Of a stretch of 64,000 nucleotides of DNA, positions 54,620 to 63,782 are shown in pieces. The notes beneath the pieces were generated by a model. The model did no database searches. It was not told the origin of the DNA and saw only the letters and a program-made list of their open reading frames with translations. A program made the translations under genes and the position numbers. Position 1 is the first letter of the stretch. Every line of letters begins with the position of its first letter. The DNA lies in contig JAHQWJ010000080.1 in NCBI GenBank assembly GCA_029856125.1, positions 64,001 through 128,000 on the forward strand, given 5' to 3'. This DNA is from Promethearchaeia archaeon. Lineage in GTDB: Archaea; Asgardarchaeota; Lokiarchaeia; Sigyniarchaeales; SOKP01.

Positions 54620-54961
54620 ATTAAAGACGACGATATTTGTGCGATATGTAGTTTTCCGAAAGACCTATGTATATGCGATAGTTTAAGCGCAGATGAACAA
54701 CAAATTATTATTTCTAACGATCGACGTAAATGGGGGAAGATAGTTTCAGTAATCACATTCGAAGGGAACATAGATGCGAATTTAAAAGATATTCTTACGA
54801 AAGCTAAGAAAAAATGTGCTTCTGGGGGGGTTCTGAGAGGTAAAGGAATCGAACTTCAAGGTGAGCACAAATTCAAACTGAAAAAATTTCTAATAGATTT
54901 AGGATTCCCCGAGGAAAATATTATCATTCAAGATCGTATGATAAGGAAACGGCGATATTAA
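54620..54961 (+). CDS. Translation initiation factor aIF1 (SUI1); no canonical start codon
   Basis: ICAICSFPKDLCIC Zn knuckle, RRKWGKIVS, KKKCASGG, IELQGEH; missing from the ORF track. Confidence 0.9.
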   Translation: MKDDDICAICSFPKDLCICDSLSADEQQIIISNDRRKWGKIVSVITFEGNIDANLKDILTKAKKKCASGGVLRGKGIELQGEHKFKLKKFLIDLGFPEENIIIQDRMIRKRRY

Positions 54962-55029
54962 CGATACTTTAAAAGTTAGACGTTCATTTGCTTTTTTTTT
55001 AATTTTCGTAATTTCAAAAAAAAATAAAA

Positions 55030-55482
55030 TTGGATTCAATGAGTTCGATCTTTTACCAGGTTATTTTTGAAGGTGTTAAAGAGGATTCGAGCGATTCGTA
55101 CTCGCTAACCTTTAAAGACATATTTAGTGACAATCAAATTCAAATTTCTTCTCAATTTTTTACCACTTTGAGAGTTTCGAGTCAGAAAGAGTCTAATGTA
55201 GTCCATTTTCAAAATATAAAAGAGGTAATAAAAATTGGGAATCCTTCCAGTAAAATCGAGATCAATTATTATATCGCTATTCTCTATACAAATTTGAATG
55301 ATGGAAAGAAAGAAGGCTTTTTAGTAGGAAATGTAAAAAATATGGGAGATATGTTGATAGGTGAGTGGCCATATAATGAAGAAAATGTGTCCAATTCAGA
55401 AGATCTCTATTTACAAAAATTGGATTTGCTTACAAATAGTAGTAAATTTGATAACATTTGTGTAATTTATCCTTTGAAATAA
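55030..55482 (+). CDS. Hypothetical protein
   Basis: 150 aa ORF, no recognised motif. Confidence 0.65.
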   Translation: MDSMSSIFYQVIFEGVKEDSSDSYSLTFKDIFSDNQIQISSQFFTTLRVSSQKESNVVHFQNIKEVIKIGNPSSKIEINYYIAILYTNLNDGKKEGFLVGNVKNMGDMLIGEWPYNEENVSNSEDLYLQKLDLLTNSSKFDNICVIYPLK

Positions 55483-55501
55483 AGAAATAGGATAATAAAG
55501 G

Positions 55502-56437
55502 TTAGAAGAAATTATCTTCTTTCTCTTTTAGAAAATTAAAAATTTCTTGATAGTTCGGCATTCCAGTTCTTGCACCTAATTTTTGTATTTTTAATGAGGC
55601 TGCTGCGTTGGCAAACCTACAGGATTTTTCTAAATCCCAACCTTTAATCCAATAAGCCAAAGAAAATGCACCATTAAACGTATCTCCAGCACCAGTAGTG
55701 TCAATTATATTGTCTATATTATATGTTGGTATCCTTTTTTGAAAATCTTTGGTTGTTATTAATACGCCATTACTTCCTAATGTAATAATTACAATAGGTA
55801 TCCCTTTTTTCACTAAAATTTCAGCCGCTTTTTCAGGTTTATTACTATTTGTTATTGATTTTGCTCCCTCTTTATTTGGAAGTACTACATCAGCTTTTAA
55901 AAGCACATTTTTTATGTTATTCCATCCTCTTAGGGCAATTTGGGATTCTAAATCTATACTAATTTTAACATTATTTTTTTTTGCAATTTCGAGGGCTTTT
56001 TCGGTCACTTTTTGATGAATAATTGTAGTGTGTAAGAGTTTAGAATCTGCTATGTAAGATTCACTTATATCATTGGGTTCTATTTTAGTTGTATACATGT
56101 GAGGAGACTGAATTATTGTCTTTTCTCCTTTAGCTACAAATATGAAATTAACAGGAGTTTTTTTGTTCGTTATTTTCTTAAGATACGTTGTATCTACATT
56201 TTCTTTGATAAAATCATCAATTAAGAGCTCACCGTATGAATCATCTCCAACTGCACCTATAAACCCGCTAAAACCGCCTAATCTAGCAACCGCTACCAAA
56301 TAATTTGCGGTAACTCCCCCGGAGAAATAATTCTCACTTAACGCATCAATCTTCTCATCCGGTTTTGGAAAATGGGGTACTTCAGCAACCCAATCTAGAA
56401 CTACTTCTCCTAATCCAACAATATTTATGTGTTTCAT
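55502..56437 (-). CDS. PfkB family carbohydrate kinase
   Basis: GG..AN..VA.ARLG, G.VGDD.YG, DTTGAGDTFNG. Confidence 0.93.
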   Translation of the reverse strand: MKHINIVGLGEVVLDWVAEVPHFPKPDEKIDALSENYFSGGVTANYLVAVARLGGFSGFIGAVGDDSYGELLIDDFIKENVDTTYLKKITNKKTPVNFIFVAKGEKTIIQSPHMYTTKIEPNDISESYIADSKLLHTTIIHQKVTEKALEIAKKNNVKISIDLESQIALRGWNNIKNVLLKADVVLPNKEGAKSITNSNKPEKAAEILVKKGIPIVIITLGSNGVLITTKDFQKRIPTYNIDNIIDTTGAGDTFNGAFSLAYWIKGWDLEKSCRFANAAASLKIQKLGARTGMPNYQEIFNFLKEKEDNFF

Positions 56438-56526
56438 AGTTCTTTTTAATATGTTAGAATCTTTTATCTAATTATAATATAGGGGACTAGAAACAAAAAG
56501 ATGTAGATGGTTTTATTGTTATGATA

Positions 56527-58242
56527 TTAAGTCATAATTTCTTTTATTCGATTCGCTAAATCATCATCAACATTAATGTCTTGAAAGTTTGAAGCCACTA
56601 TTTCATAAGCGTCACTATAATCATTAAATTTTACTCGACCTTTAATCATAATGTCTCTACCAATGATACTAGAAGATAACTTTTTCAACAATTTTTCATA
56701 ATCGGGAGTGTCTTTAACCTTTACAATTAGCTCTGCTTTTTCTCCAACTAATTTCTCGGCTGCTTCTCCAATAAATGTCGCTCTAATTTTTCCACTCTCA
56801 TCTTCAAGAATATGACTAGTAATCATTGTGAGTTTTTTATCGCCTGCTTTATCACATGTACAATTATCTATTTTTTTTCTACATTCGGAACAAGCTTCGT
56901 AAAATCTGATATTTTTTAATTCATTAGATAACACACCTTTAATTTCAAAAAAACCAGAGCTTTGAATAGTGTTAATATCTGTAAAATTTCCTGAAAAATT
57001 ATTTTGTTTGAAATTTTTCGATGGTTCTGATACTTTAATATTTTCAATCTTTAAATCTATTTTTTCTATACTTGAGTCATTGGCAATAGTTACTTCGTTT
57101 TTCTGCGAATAATTATTAAATCTCAGTTCAACATCTTTCAACAAAACACCGTCTCCGTTCTTTAGGGAGTTTGAAAGTTCATCTGCTCTATCCCGCCAGG
57201 CTGTAACCCTTATAGCATCAGTAGTATCACTCACATTGAACCCTAATAATGAAATGTCCTCGCCAGATTTTAAAGTTATTTTTCTTAAGTCATCTATTGC
57301 AGAAATTATTCCTTGAAAAGATATGTAACCTTTTTGGTTTTGAAGTGTATCGATAGTATCAATTACTTTTTCCTCAAACTTTACAGCTTTGTCTTTTTTC
57401 GTAATTTGTGTCCATGAAGTAGCGTGTAAATCTATTTGCCCTTCAGTATAATTACTTTTTCTAGGATTTAAGCTACTGAGAGAAATGAAATCACCTATTT
57501 CAATGTTTTCTATTTTATTGATATCCTCGTTCCAAAAACTTATTCTAGTTTTACCTGATGAATCTCGGACAGATAACGAGCTCACTCTTCCATTTTTCCC
57601 GTCCTTCCGAGTGAATTCGCGAACCGGGGAACGATTCATTACTTTTCCTTCAATTGATAGAGATCCTAATTTTTCGCTAATCTCATTTATTAGTTTAAAT
57701 TCTTCCTTTATTTTTGGGTATTTTTTATAATCAACATCCTCAGGGGCTAAAATTATTTTACTAAATCTTCCAATGTGAATCTCTATTCCCCCATATCTTC
57801 CCTGTTTTGCATTACCATTCAAAATTTTAACGATTTCATTTTTCTCAAATCGTTCATCTTTAAAAACATTTACCTGATCGTCCCATAATACAATTCGAAT
57901 ATCTCCTGTATTATCATTTAATTTGAAAGCTCCCACATATCCGACTTCTCCATTGTTCTTATTGAAACTACTAAGATTGAAAATATCCTTAATCCTACCA
58001 ACTAATACAATATTTTTCATGTTCAAGGTGATGTCAGAAATGTTTAATTCGATCTCATTCAAAAGCTCTTGATTTTCGCTTGAAACTTCTACTCCTAGTT
58101 CTTTAGCAATTACAAATAATGCCCCTTCGTCTGAAATTAAGCCCTTTAATTCCTCTTTTTTCTCTTCCACTAAAGTTTGTATCTCCTTTTTAGAAAGTCC
58201 AGTATCTTCAATAATTTTATTAATATACGCCTCAGTTTTCAT
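56527..58242 (-). CDS. rpa: Replication protein A large subunit (multi-OB plus Zn finger)
   Basis: Repeated D.TG.IR..LW OB folds, YEACSECRKK Zn site. Confidence 0.92.
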   Translation of the reverse strand: MKTEAYINKIIEDTGLSKKEIQTLVEEKKEELKGLISDEGALFVIAKELGVEVSSENQELLNEIELNISDITLNMKNIVLVGRIKDIFNLSSFNKNNGEVGYVGAFKLNDNTGDIRIVLWDDQVNVFKDERFEKNEIVKILNGNAKQGRYGGIEIHIGRFSKIILAPEDVDYKKYPKIKEEFKLINEISEKLGSLSIEGKVMNRSPVREFTRKDGKNGRVSSLSVRDSSGKTRISFWNEDINKIENIEIGDFISLSSLNPRKSNYTEGQIDLHATSWTQITKKDKAVKFEEKVIDTIDTLQNQKGYISFQGIISAIDDLRKITLKSGEDISLLGFNVSDTTDAIRVTAWRDRADELSNSLKNGDGVLLKDVELRFNNYSQKNEVTIANDSSIEKIDLKIENIKVSEPSKNFKQNNFSGNFTDINTIQSSGFFEIKGVLSNELKNIRFYEACSECRKKIDNCTCDKAGDKKLTMITSHILEDESGKIRATFIGEAAEKLVGEKAELIVKVKDTPDYEKLLKKLSSSIIGRDIMIKGRVKFNDYSDAYEIVASNFQDINVDDDLANRIKEIMT

Positions 58243-58415
58243 TTATCTCACTTTTTTGTTTAGTTTTCCTTATCCAAAGATAAAATTAGCATTTATACTT
58301 TAAAAATGAAATTATTTAATACTTAATTAATCACTATTTTTAAACAAAAAGAGTATATCATATTGGTAATTTGTTATTGATAATTTAAATCAAATGTCAT
58401 GTTTTTGTCGCAATT

Positions 58416-59159
58416 ATGAATAAATTCAGGATCATTCCAGTTATTGATATTTTAAATTCTCAAGCTGTACACGCAATTAAAGGAGAACGAGAAAAATATA
58501 AACCCTTGAAATCAGTTTTAATTAATGATAGCAACCCAACACGAATTGTATTAACATTAAAAAAAAAGTATTTATTCAACGATTTTTATATTGCAGATTT
58601 GGATGCTATACTTCAAAGAAAGCCTAATATCACAATCCTTTCAAAAATACTTGATATTCCTGAGGTTGAGATCATGATTGACCCCGGAATAATAACCAAT
58701 AAGGATGTAGAAAAATATTTTAACCTTAATCTAAAATCGTTGATTTTGGGATTAGAAACCTTAAGAGACCTAAAAGTTATTACAGAGTGTTTAGAACTGT
58801 TTGATATTAACAAGATTATAGTAAGTATTGATATGTACAACGAAGTAATTCAAACTAATATAAAGGAATTTAGAAGTCAAGATATACTTGAAATCATTTC
58901 CAAAATTGAAGATTTAGGCGTAGTTAATATAATTTTACTTGATCTCTTTAAAGTTGGACAGAAAATAGGAGGAATTTCCGCACTTTATTTAAAGATAAGA
59001 GAACAATTTAATGGCGAAATATTTGTTGGAGGTGGAATAAAAGACATCCAAGATATTAAGGGTTATAAAAGTAATAACTTCTCGGGAGTTCTGATTGGGA
59101 CTGCTTTACACGATGGTTCTATAAAAATCGAAGAACTAAGAAGTTTTCTCAAAAGTTAA
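58416..59159 (+). CDS. HisA/HisF-related TIM barrel protein
   Basis: IIPVIDI...AVHA..G.RE.Y.P, YIADLDAI, VGGGI, GTALH. Confidence 0.85.
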   Translation: MNKFRIIPVIDILNSQAVHAIKGEREKYKPLKSVLINDSNPTRIVLTLKKKYLFNDFYIADLDAILQRKPNITILSKILDIPEVEIMIDPGIITNKDVEKYFNLNLKSLILGLETLRDLKVITECLELFDINKIIVSIDMYNEVIQTNIKEFRSQDILEIISKIEDLGVVNIILLDLFKVGQKIGGISALYLKIREQFNGEIFVGGGIKDIQDIKGYKSNNFSGVLIGTALHDGSIKIEELRSFLKS

Positions 59160-59686
59160 TCAATAAAAATAACACCCGAGCCTGAAACATTTAAAGATTT
59201 CTTACATACGGGGCAAGCGTGCTTTACTCTAACCCAATCGGTTATGTGTTCCTTATGGGCCTTCGCTTCGCAAATTGGACAGCCAGCCACTTCGTCAAAT
59301 ATTTCAATATTCTTTCCACACACTGCACACTTGGTTTTTGATACCGTAGAAATCCGTATAACTTCTTTTTTTATATCGAGCACAACATTATCTGTGTTTT
59401 CAGCTGTAGGATTAATTTGTTTCAATTCGGTCCGGGTATCAACACAAAAAATGGTTCCCTCGCTATCATCTTTACGATTCCCAATCCAAACCACTTTACC
59501 CTTGAAATAACTAGATCCCTCGTTTTCTAACGAGAGGCTTAACTTTCGATCTTCCATCACATATGTTTGAATTACTTTGGTATATTTCAACCCATCTAAA
59601 TTTGTGGATATTTGTTTAACCACTTCAAATGGTTCTCTGAATACTTCATTTGTTATGTCGACTTTCGTGATTTCTTTCGGGGACAT
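59156..59686 (-). CDS. Protein with C-terminal RING-like Zn finger
   Basis: CAVC-x12-CPIC-x4-HKEH-x3-W-x6-CPVC. Confidence 0.75.
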   Translation of the reverse strand: MSPKEITKVDITNEVFREPFEVVKQISTNLDGLKYTKVIQTYVMEDRKLSLSLENEGSSYFKGKVVWIGNRKDDSEGTIFCVDTRTELKQINPTAENTDNVVLDIKKEVIRISTVSKTKCAVCGKNIEIFDEVAGCPICEAKAHKEHITDWVRVKHACPVCKKSLNVSGSGVIFID

Positions 59687-59893
59687 AATAATTCATCGTT
59701 TTTTTGATATTTAATAATAATTATTTAATTTAAATTTTTATATCCTTTTCTTCCTTTTACTTTTCTTATCAAATTTTAAATATCCTAAAATAAAAGAGAA
59801 TTTATAGCTTGAAGTATAAAAGATCTAGTATTAGAACAATCTAGTTGGATAATTTGGTTGATTAAAATTAATTCATATAATAAGTGATCGATT

Positions 59894-60628
59894 ATGCGAG
59901 AACGTATCAGATTACTTGTAAGCCCTAAATCATTAGAAGAAGCTAAAGTTGTAGTTCAGCAAAAAGATGTAGACTATATTGATTGTAAGAACCCGGTTGA
60001 AGGTTCTTTAGGGGCTAATTTTCCGTGGATTATAAAGAAGATGAAGAATTTAATACCTCAAAACAGTTCTCAATTATTAAGTGCAACAATAGGAGACTTC
60101 CCAAATTTACCTGGATCAGCTTCTTTGGCCGCTCTTGGCGCTGCCGCATCCGGAGCTGATATTATTAAAATAGGACTTAAAGAATCAACGACAGAGGATG
60201 ATTGCGTCTACTTAATGAAAGGTGTCGTGAAAGCTGTAAAGAGCTATAATGCAAATATAAAAGTTGTAGTGGCCGGTTACGCAGACAGAATAAGGATGAA
60301 CACATCACCAGATTTTTTATTACTCCCGAAAATAGCAGCCAAATCTGGAGCCGATATAGTGATGCTTGATACTTTCATCAAAGATAGAAAAGGTTTATTT
60401 GACTTTTTAAGCGTTGAACAATTAAAGCTTTTTAAAAATAAAGCGAAAAAACTCAATCTAGAAGTCGCTTTAGCGGGATATTTAATGAAAGACTCCCTAC
60501 CAATGGTAAAAAAAATAATGCCCGATATTATTGGCGTAAGGAGTATCGTATGTGAAGGATATGACAGGAATAATGGGATTATTAGAGGACATCTCATAGA
60601 AGAGTTAAAAGCTGAATTATATGCCTAA
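59894..60628 (+). CDS. mfnB: 4-HFC-P synthase (methanofuran biosynthesis)
   Basis: LLVSP, DCKNP.EGSLGANFPW, SATIGD, KIGL, MLDT..KD. Confidence 0.9.
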   Translation: MRERIRLLVSPKSLEEAKVVVQQKDVDYIDCKNPVEGSLGANFPWIIKKMKNLIPQNSSQLLSATIGDFPNLPGSASLAALGAAASGADIIKIGLKESTTEDDCVYLMKGVVKAVKSYNANIKVVVAGYADRIRMNTSPDFLLLPKIAAKSGADIVMLDTFIKDRKGLFDFLSVEQLKLFKNKAKKLNLEVALAGYLMKDSLPMVKKIMPDIIGVRSIVCEGYDRNNGIIRGHLIEELKAELYA

Positions 60629-60721
60629 AACTTTAAAAAATAAATACTACGAATAACTAAATCCTCATATTTTTAGTTCATTTTAATAACATTAATTTGG
60701 TTACTCTGATGACTTGATATT

Positions 60722-61552
60722 ATGTACGAAAAGGAATTAGGAATAATTGGTGTTGGTAAAATTGGTTCTGCTCTCTTAAAAAGAATAATTTCTACTAATA
60801 CGATCGAGAGGAAAAAAATTATTATTTTTGATGTAGATGAAGAGAAATTGCACGATCTATCAAAAAGCTTAGATGTAGATTGTGCTAATAGTAATACCGA
60901 TTTAGTTAATTCATCTAAACATGTTTTAATTGCTGTTATCCCTCAAGTAATGGATATTGTTTTGAGAGAAATAGAACCTGCAATATCTGTACAGCATGTA
61001 ATAATATCTATTGCAGCAGGAGTTTCTTTTACTCATATAACTAAAATTATTACTAAACCTGTATCATTAATACGAATAATGACGAACACTCCAGCTCTTG
61101 TAGGCGAGGCAGCTACAGCGATAGCTCGTAACGAAAATGTCAAAGAATACCAACTAGAATTCGTTAAAGAAATATTCAATTCTGTAGGGATGGTAGTAGA
61201 ATTAGAAGAAAGACATTTAGACGCAGTAACTGGTTTATCTGGAAGCGGTCCTGCTTATATATTTATAATTATTGAAGCTTTAGCCGATGGGGGTGTAAAA
61301 ATGGGCTTACCTAGGGCTATTGCCCTAAAACTAGCAGCTCAAACCCTTTTAGGTTCTGCAAAACTTCTATTGGAAACTAACATACACCCCGCAGCACTGA
61401 AAGATATGGTAGCAACTCCAGGAGGGACGACTATAACTGCAATACACGAACTTGAATCTGCAAAAATAAGAGCAACACTAATCAGAGCGGTGGAAGCAGC
61501 TACATTAAAATCCAAATCGTTAAATTCAGCAAAAACAAATAATAATCAATAA
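60722..61552 (+). CDS. proC: Pyrroline-5-carboxylate reductase
   Basis: GIIGVGKIG, ISIAAG, RIM.NTPA, GLSGSGPAY, TPGGTTI. Confidence 0.95.
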   Translation: MYEKELGIIGVGKIGSALLKRIISTNTIERKKIIIFDVDEEKLHDLSKSLDVDCANSNTDLVNSSKHVLIAVIPQVMDIVLREIEPAISVQHVIISIAAGVSFTHITKIITKPVSLIRIMTNTPALVGEAATAIARNENVKEYQLEFVKEIFNSVGMVVELEERHLDAVTGLSGSGPAYIFIIIEALADGGVKMGLPRAIALKLAAQTLLGSAKLLLETNIHPAALKDMVATPGGTTITAIHELESAKIRATLIRAVEAATLKSKSLNSAKTNNNQ

Positions 61553-61601
61553 TTAGTTTTAAAAAACTTCTTATACAAGATTTTCTTGTTATCTGTTAGA
61601 A

Positions 61602-62813
61602 ATGGTAAAAATATCCAAGTTTGGAGAAGATTTTTTACTACTGGCACTCAGAATTGACAAACATATTAAAGGATATGTTGATTTTTATATTGGTCCAGAA
61701 AAACTCCGGCAAATTGTAGATCGTGAATCTCTAACAGCTCCAAACACGTTATTAAATGACTCCACCAATTTAATAAAACAAGTGGGAGCTCAAGGTTACG
61801 ACAAAGAACGCGAACGGTATATCGAAAAGTTATTAGTAGCTATGAAAACCTCAATAGAAATTTTAAAAGGTTCTGAAATTTCTATTAAAGATCAATTTTT
61901 AAAACTTTATGATGTAGATTTACAACCTGCTAAAGAAGCGGAGTTGGATAATGTAAAGGAAGAGATTGATGAAGCTTACAAAGGATCTGGAAGCTTAGAA
62001 GAACGCATGAATAAATTAAGAATTACTCGTAAAGTTCCTGAATCAAAGGTTTTTAAATTCTTTAAAAAAGCAGTTGACATAACAGAAAAAAAAACTAATG
62101 AATTATTCATCGATCTATTACCAAAAAATGAAAGAATAATTATAGATATAGTAAAAAATAATAATTCAAGCGAAAAAGTAAAATGGAGCTGCTATAATTG
62201 GTACTTGGGTAAATATGTTAGTCGAATTGAGGTTAATCCTAAATACCAAATGTATTGGACTGCTTTATTAACATTTTCCTCTCATGAAACATATCCTGGA
62301 CATCATACTGAGTTTGCTATAAAGGAAGAGAGGCTTTATCGCAAGTTAAACCAATTTGAACATTCCATCTTAATTCTCCATTCGCCAAAATTAGTGATTT
62401 CTGAGGGAATCGCCAAAAAAGCAATTTCTATACTCTTTTCAAATCAAGAAGTAGCAGAAATTGGGTTAAATGAATTTTGTTCAGATCCATTAAAAGAGGC
62501 CTCTCTTGAAGAGTTGGAGCTACAAGATATAGTAAAAGTCAAAATTCCTCTTTTTTGGTACAATTTTGCATATCATGCTTTAGTTGATAAGTATAATAAG
62601 AAAGAACTAATGCGATATGGAAAAAATTTTGAAATTTTTAGTGATGAAGATTTGATTACAGGAATAGAAAGAATGTCAAATCCCGCACATTCAAGTAACG
62701 CTTTTATGTATTACCTTGGAATTAATATTTTACAGAAATATGGAGATGTTCCTTCATTAAAAGACTTTCGAAATTTACTCGTTAATCCAATTTTACCATC
62801 TGATTTAATTTAA
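61602..62813 (+). CDS. DUF885-like zincin metallopeptidase (paralog 2)
   Basis: HETYPGHH, SEGIA, YYLG; paralog of 2461..3672. Confidence 0.7.
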   Translation: MVKISKFGEDFLLLALRIDKHIKGYVDFYIGPEKLRQIVDRESLTAPNTLLNDSTNLIKQVGAQGYDKERERYIEKLLVAMKTSIEILKGSEISIKDQFLKLYDVDLQPAKEAELDNVKEEIDEAYKGSGSLEERMNKLRITRKVPESKVFKFFKKAVDITEKKTNELFIDLLPKNERIIIDIVKNNNSSEKVKWSCYNWYLGKYVSRIEVNPKYQMYWTALLTFSSHETYPGHHTEFAIKEERLYRKLNQFEHSILILHSPKLVISEGIAKKAISILFSNQEVAEIGLNEFCSDPLKEASLEELELQDIVKVKIPLFWYNFAYHALVDKYNKKELMRYGKNFEIFSDEDLITGIERMSNPAHSSNAFMYYLGINILQKYGDVPSLKDFRNLLVNPILPSDLI

Positions 62814-63017
62814 CACTATTCTTATAGCCCTTTTAAAGTTTGATGGTTACAAAAGAGTATTTTTAAGTTTCTGAATAAGGGAATTTACTAATTTTTATTG
62901 CAGTTTAAATAAACTATTTGAAATTATAATGTGTAATAAGAAGAAGTGTTTTAGATTCGTATTCGAACTTCTAAGAATAGGTTAAAAACATTTAAATTTA
63001 TATATAAGGTGAAAAAA

Positions 63018-63047
63018 ATGCCTGGTCAAGCTGGCGGGATACCCTAA
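63018..63047 (+). CDS. Micro-peptide MPGQAGGIP (9 aa)
   Basis: AAGGTGA SD, ATG CCT GGT CAA GCT GGC GGG ATA CCC TAA, hairpin and T-tract. Confidence 0.7.
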   Translation: MPGQAGGIP

Positions 63048-63049
63048 AC

Positions 63050-63122
63050 TGGTGCTGTTTATAAGAGTAATTTACTCGAGTGCTCTTTATAAACCCACCA
63101 TTTATTTTTCTTCCTTTTTTTT
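63050..63122 (+). terminator. Hairpin plus T-tract
   Basis: TGGTG.GTTTATAAGAG...CTCTTTATAAAC.CACCA then TTTATTTTTCTTCCTTTTTT. Confidence 0.65.
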
Positions 63123-63380
63123 AGGGCTTTAAATAAATTTTTTGAATTAATATTTTGATTTAAAAATTTTAAAATTTAAAGTAATTAAAATTAAAGCCTT
63201 AAATAGGATTAACAGATTAACTAATTCTTACTGTTCACTTTTCATTTTGTTAGGAGTTTATATAATCTTTTTCAAATTATAAATTGATTAAGAAAATGGT
63301 TCTGAATGTTTCTATTCAGCTTTAAAACTATAAATTAACTAAGTTAAGCATATTGCACTTATAATTAAAAGTGAGATAAA

Positions 63381-63413
63381 ATGCCTGGTGAATCAGACTC
63401 TATTCCAAAATAG
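63381..63413 (+). CDS. Micro-peptide MPGESDSIPK (10 aa)
   Basis: GTGAG SD-like, ATG CCT GGT GAA TCA GAC TCT ATT CCA AAA TAG, GATGTTT/AAACATC hairpin and T-tract. Confidence 0.6.
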   Translation: MPGESDSIPK

Positions 63414-63752
63414 ATGTTTTATATATAAACATCATATACTTCCTTTTTTTTCTTTAAAATTTATAATTTTTTTTACAATTAATTTCTAACCAAAATGTAC
63501 ACTGAATGGTCTAATTGGTTTACTTTAATTTTTATTATATCCAATTTATGTAAATAATTTAATAATTTTTGGCGGTTACAAAGGAGGATATTTAAATCCT
63601 AAAACTTGTTGACTGTGTAAATTTTATTGAAGTTTAAATAAACTTTTTAAAATTAGAATGTGTAAGAGAAAAAAGTGATTTGGATTCGTAATCCAAATTT
63701 GACTTCTAAGTATAGGTTAAAAACATTTAAATTTATATATAAGGTGGTTAAA

Positions 63753-63782
63753 ATGCCTGGTCAAGCTGGCGGTATACCCTAA
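63753..63782 (+). CDS. Micro-peptide MPGQAGGIP (9 aa), second copy
   Basis: AAGGTGG SD, one synonymous change (GGG>GGT) relative to the 63018 copy, hairpin and T-tract. Confidence 0.7.
   Translation: MPGQAGGIP

Noticed and set aside
60722-63047. Pro-containing micro-ORFs as attenuator leader peptides for proC
   Set aside because: They lie downstream of proC and the peptidase, the 2.2-kb copy has no proC, and none precedes a co-oriented biosynthetic gene in view.
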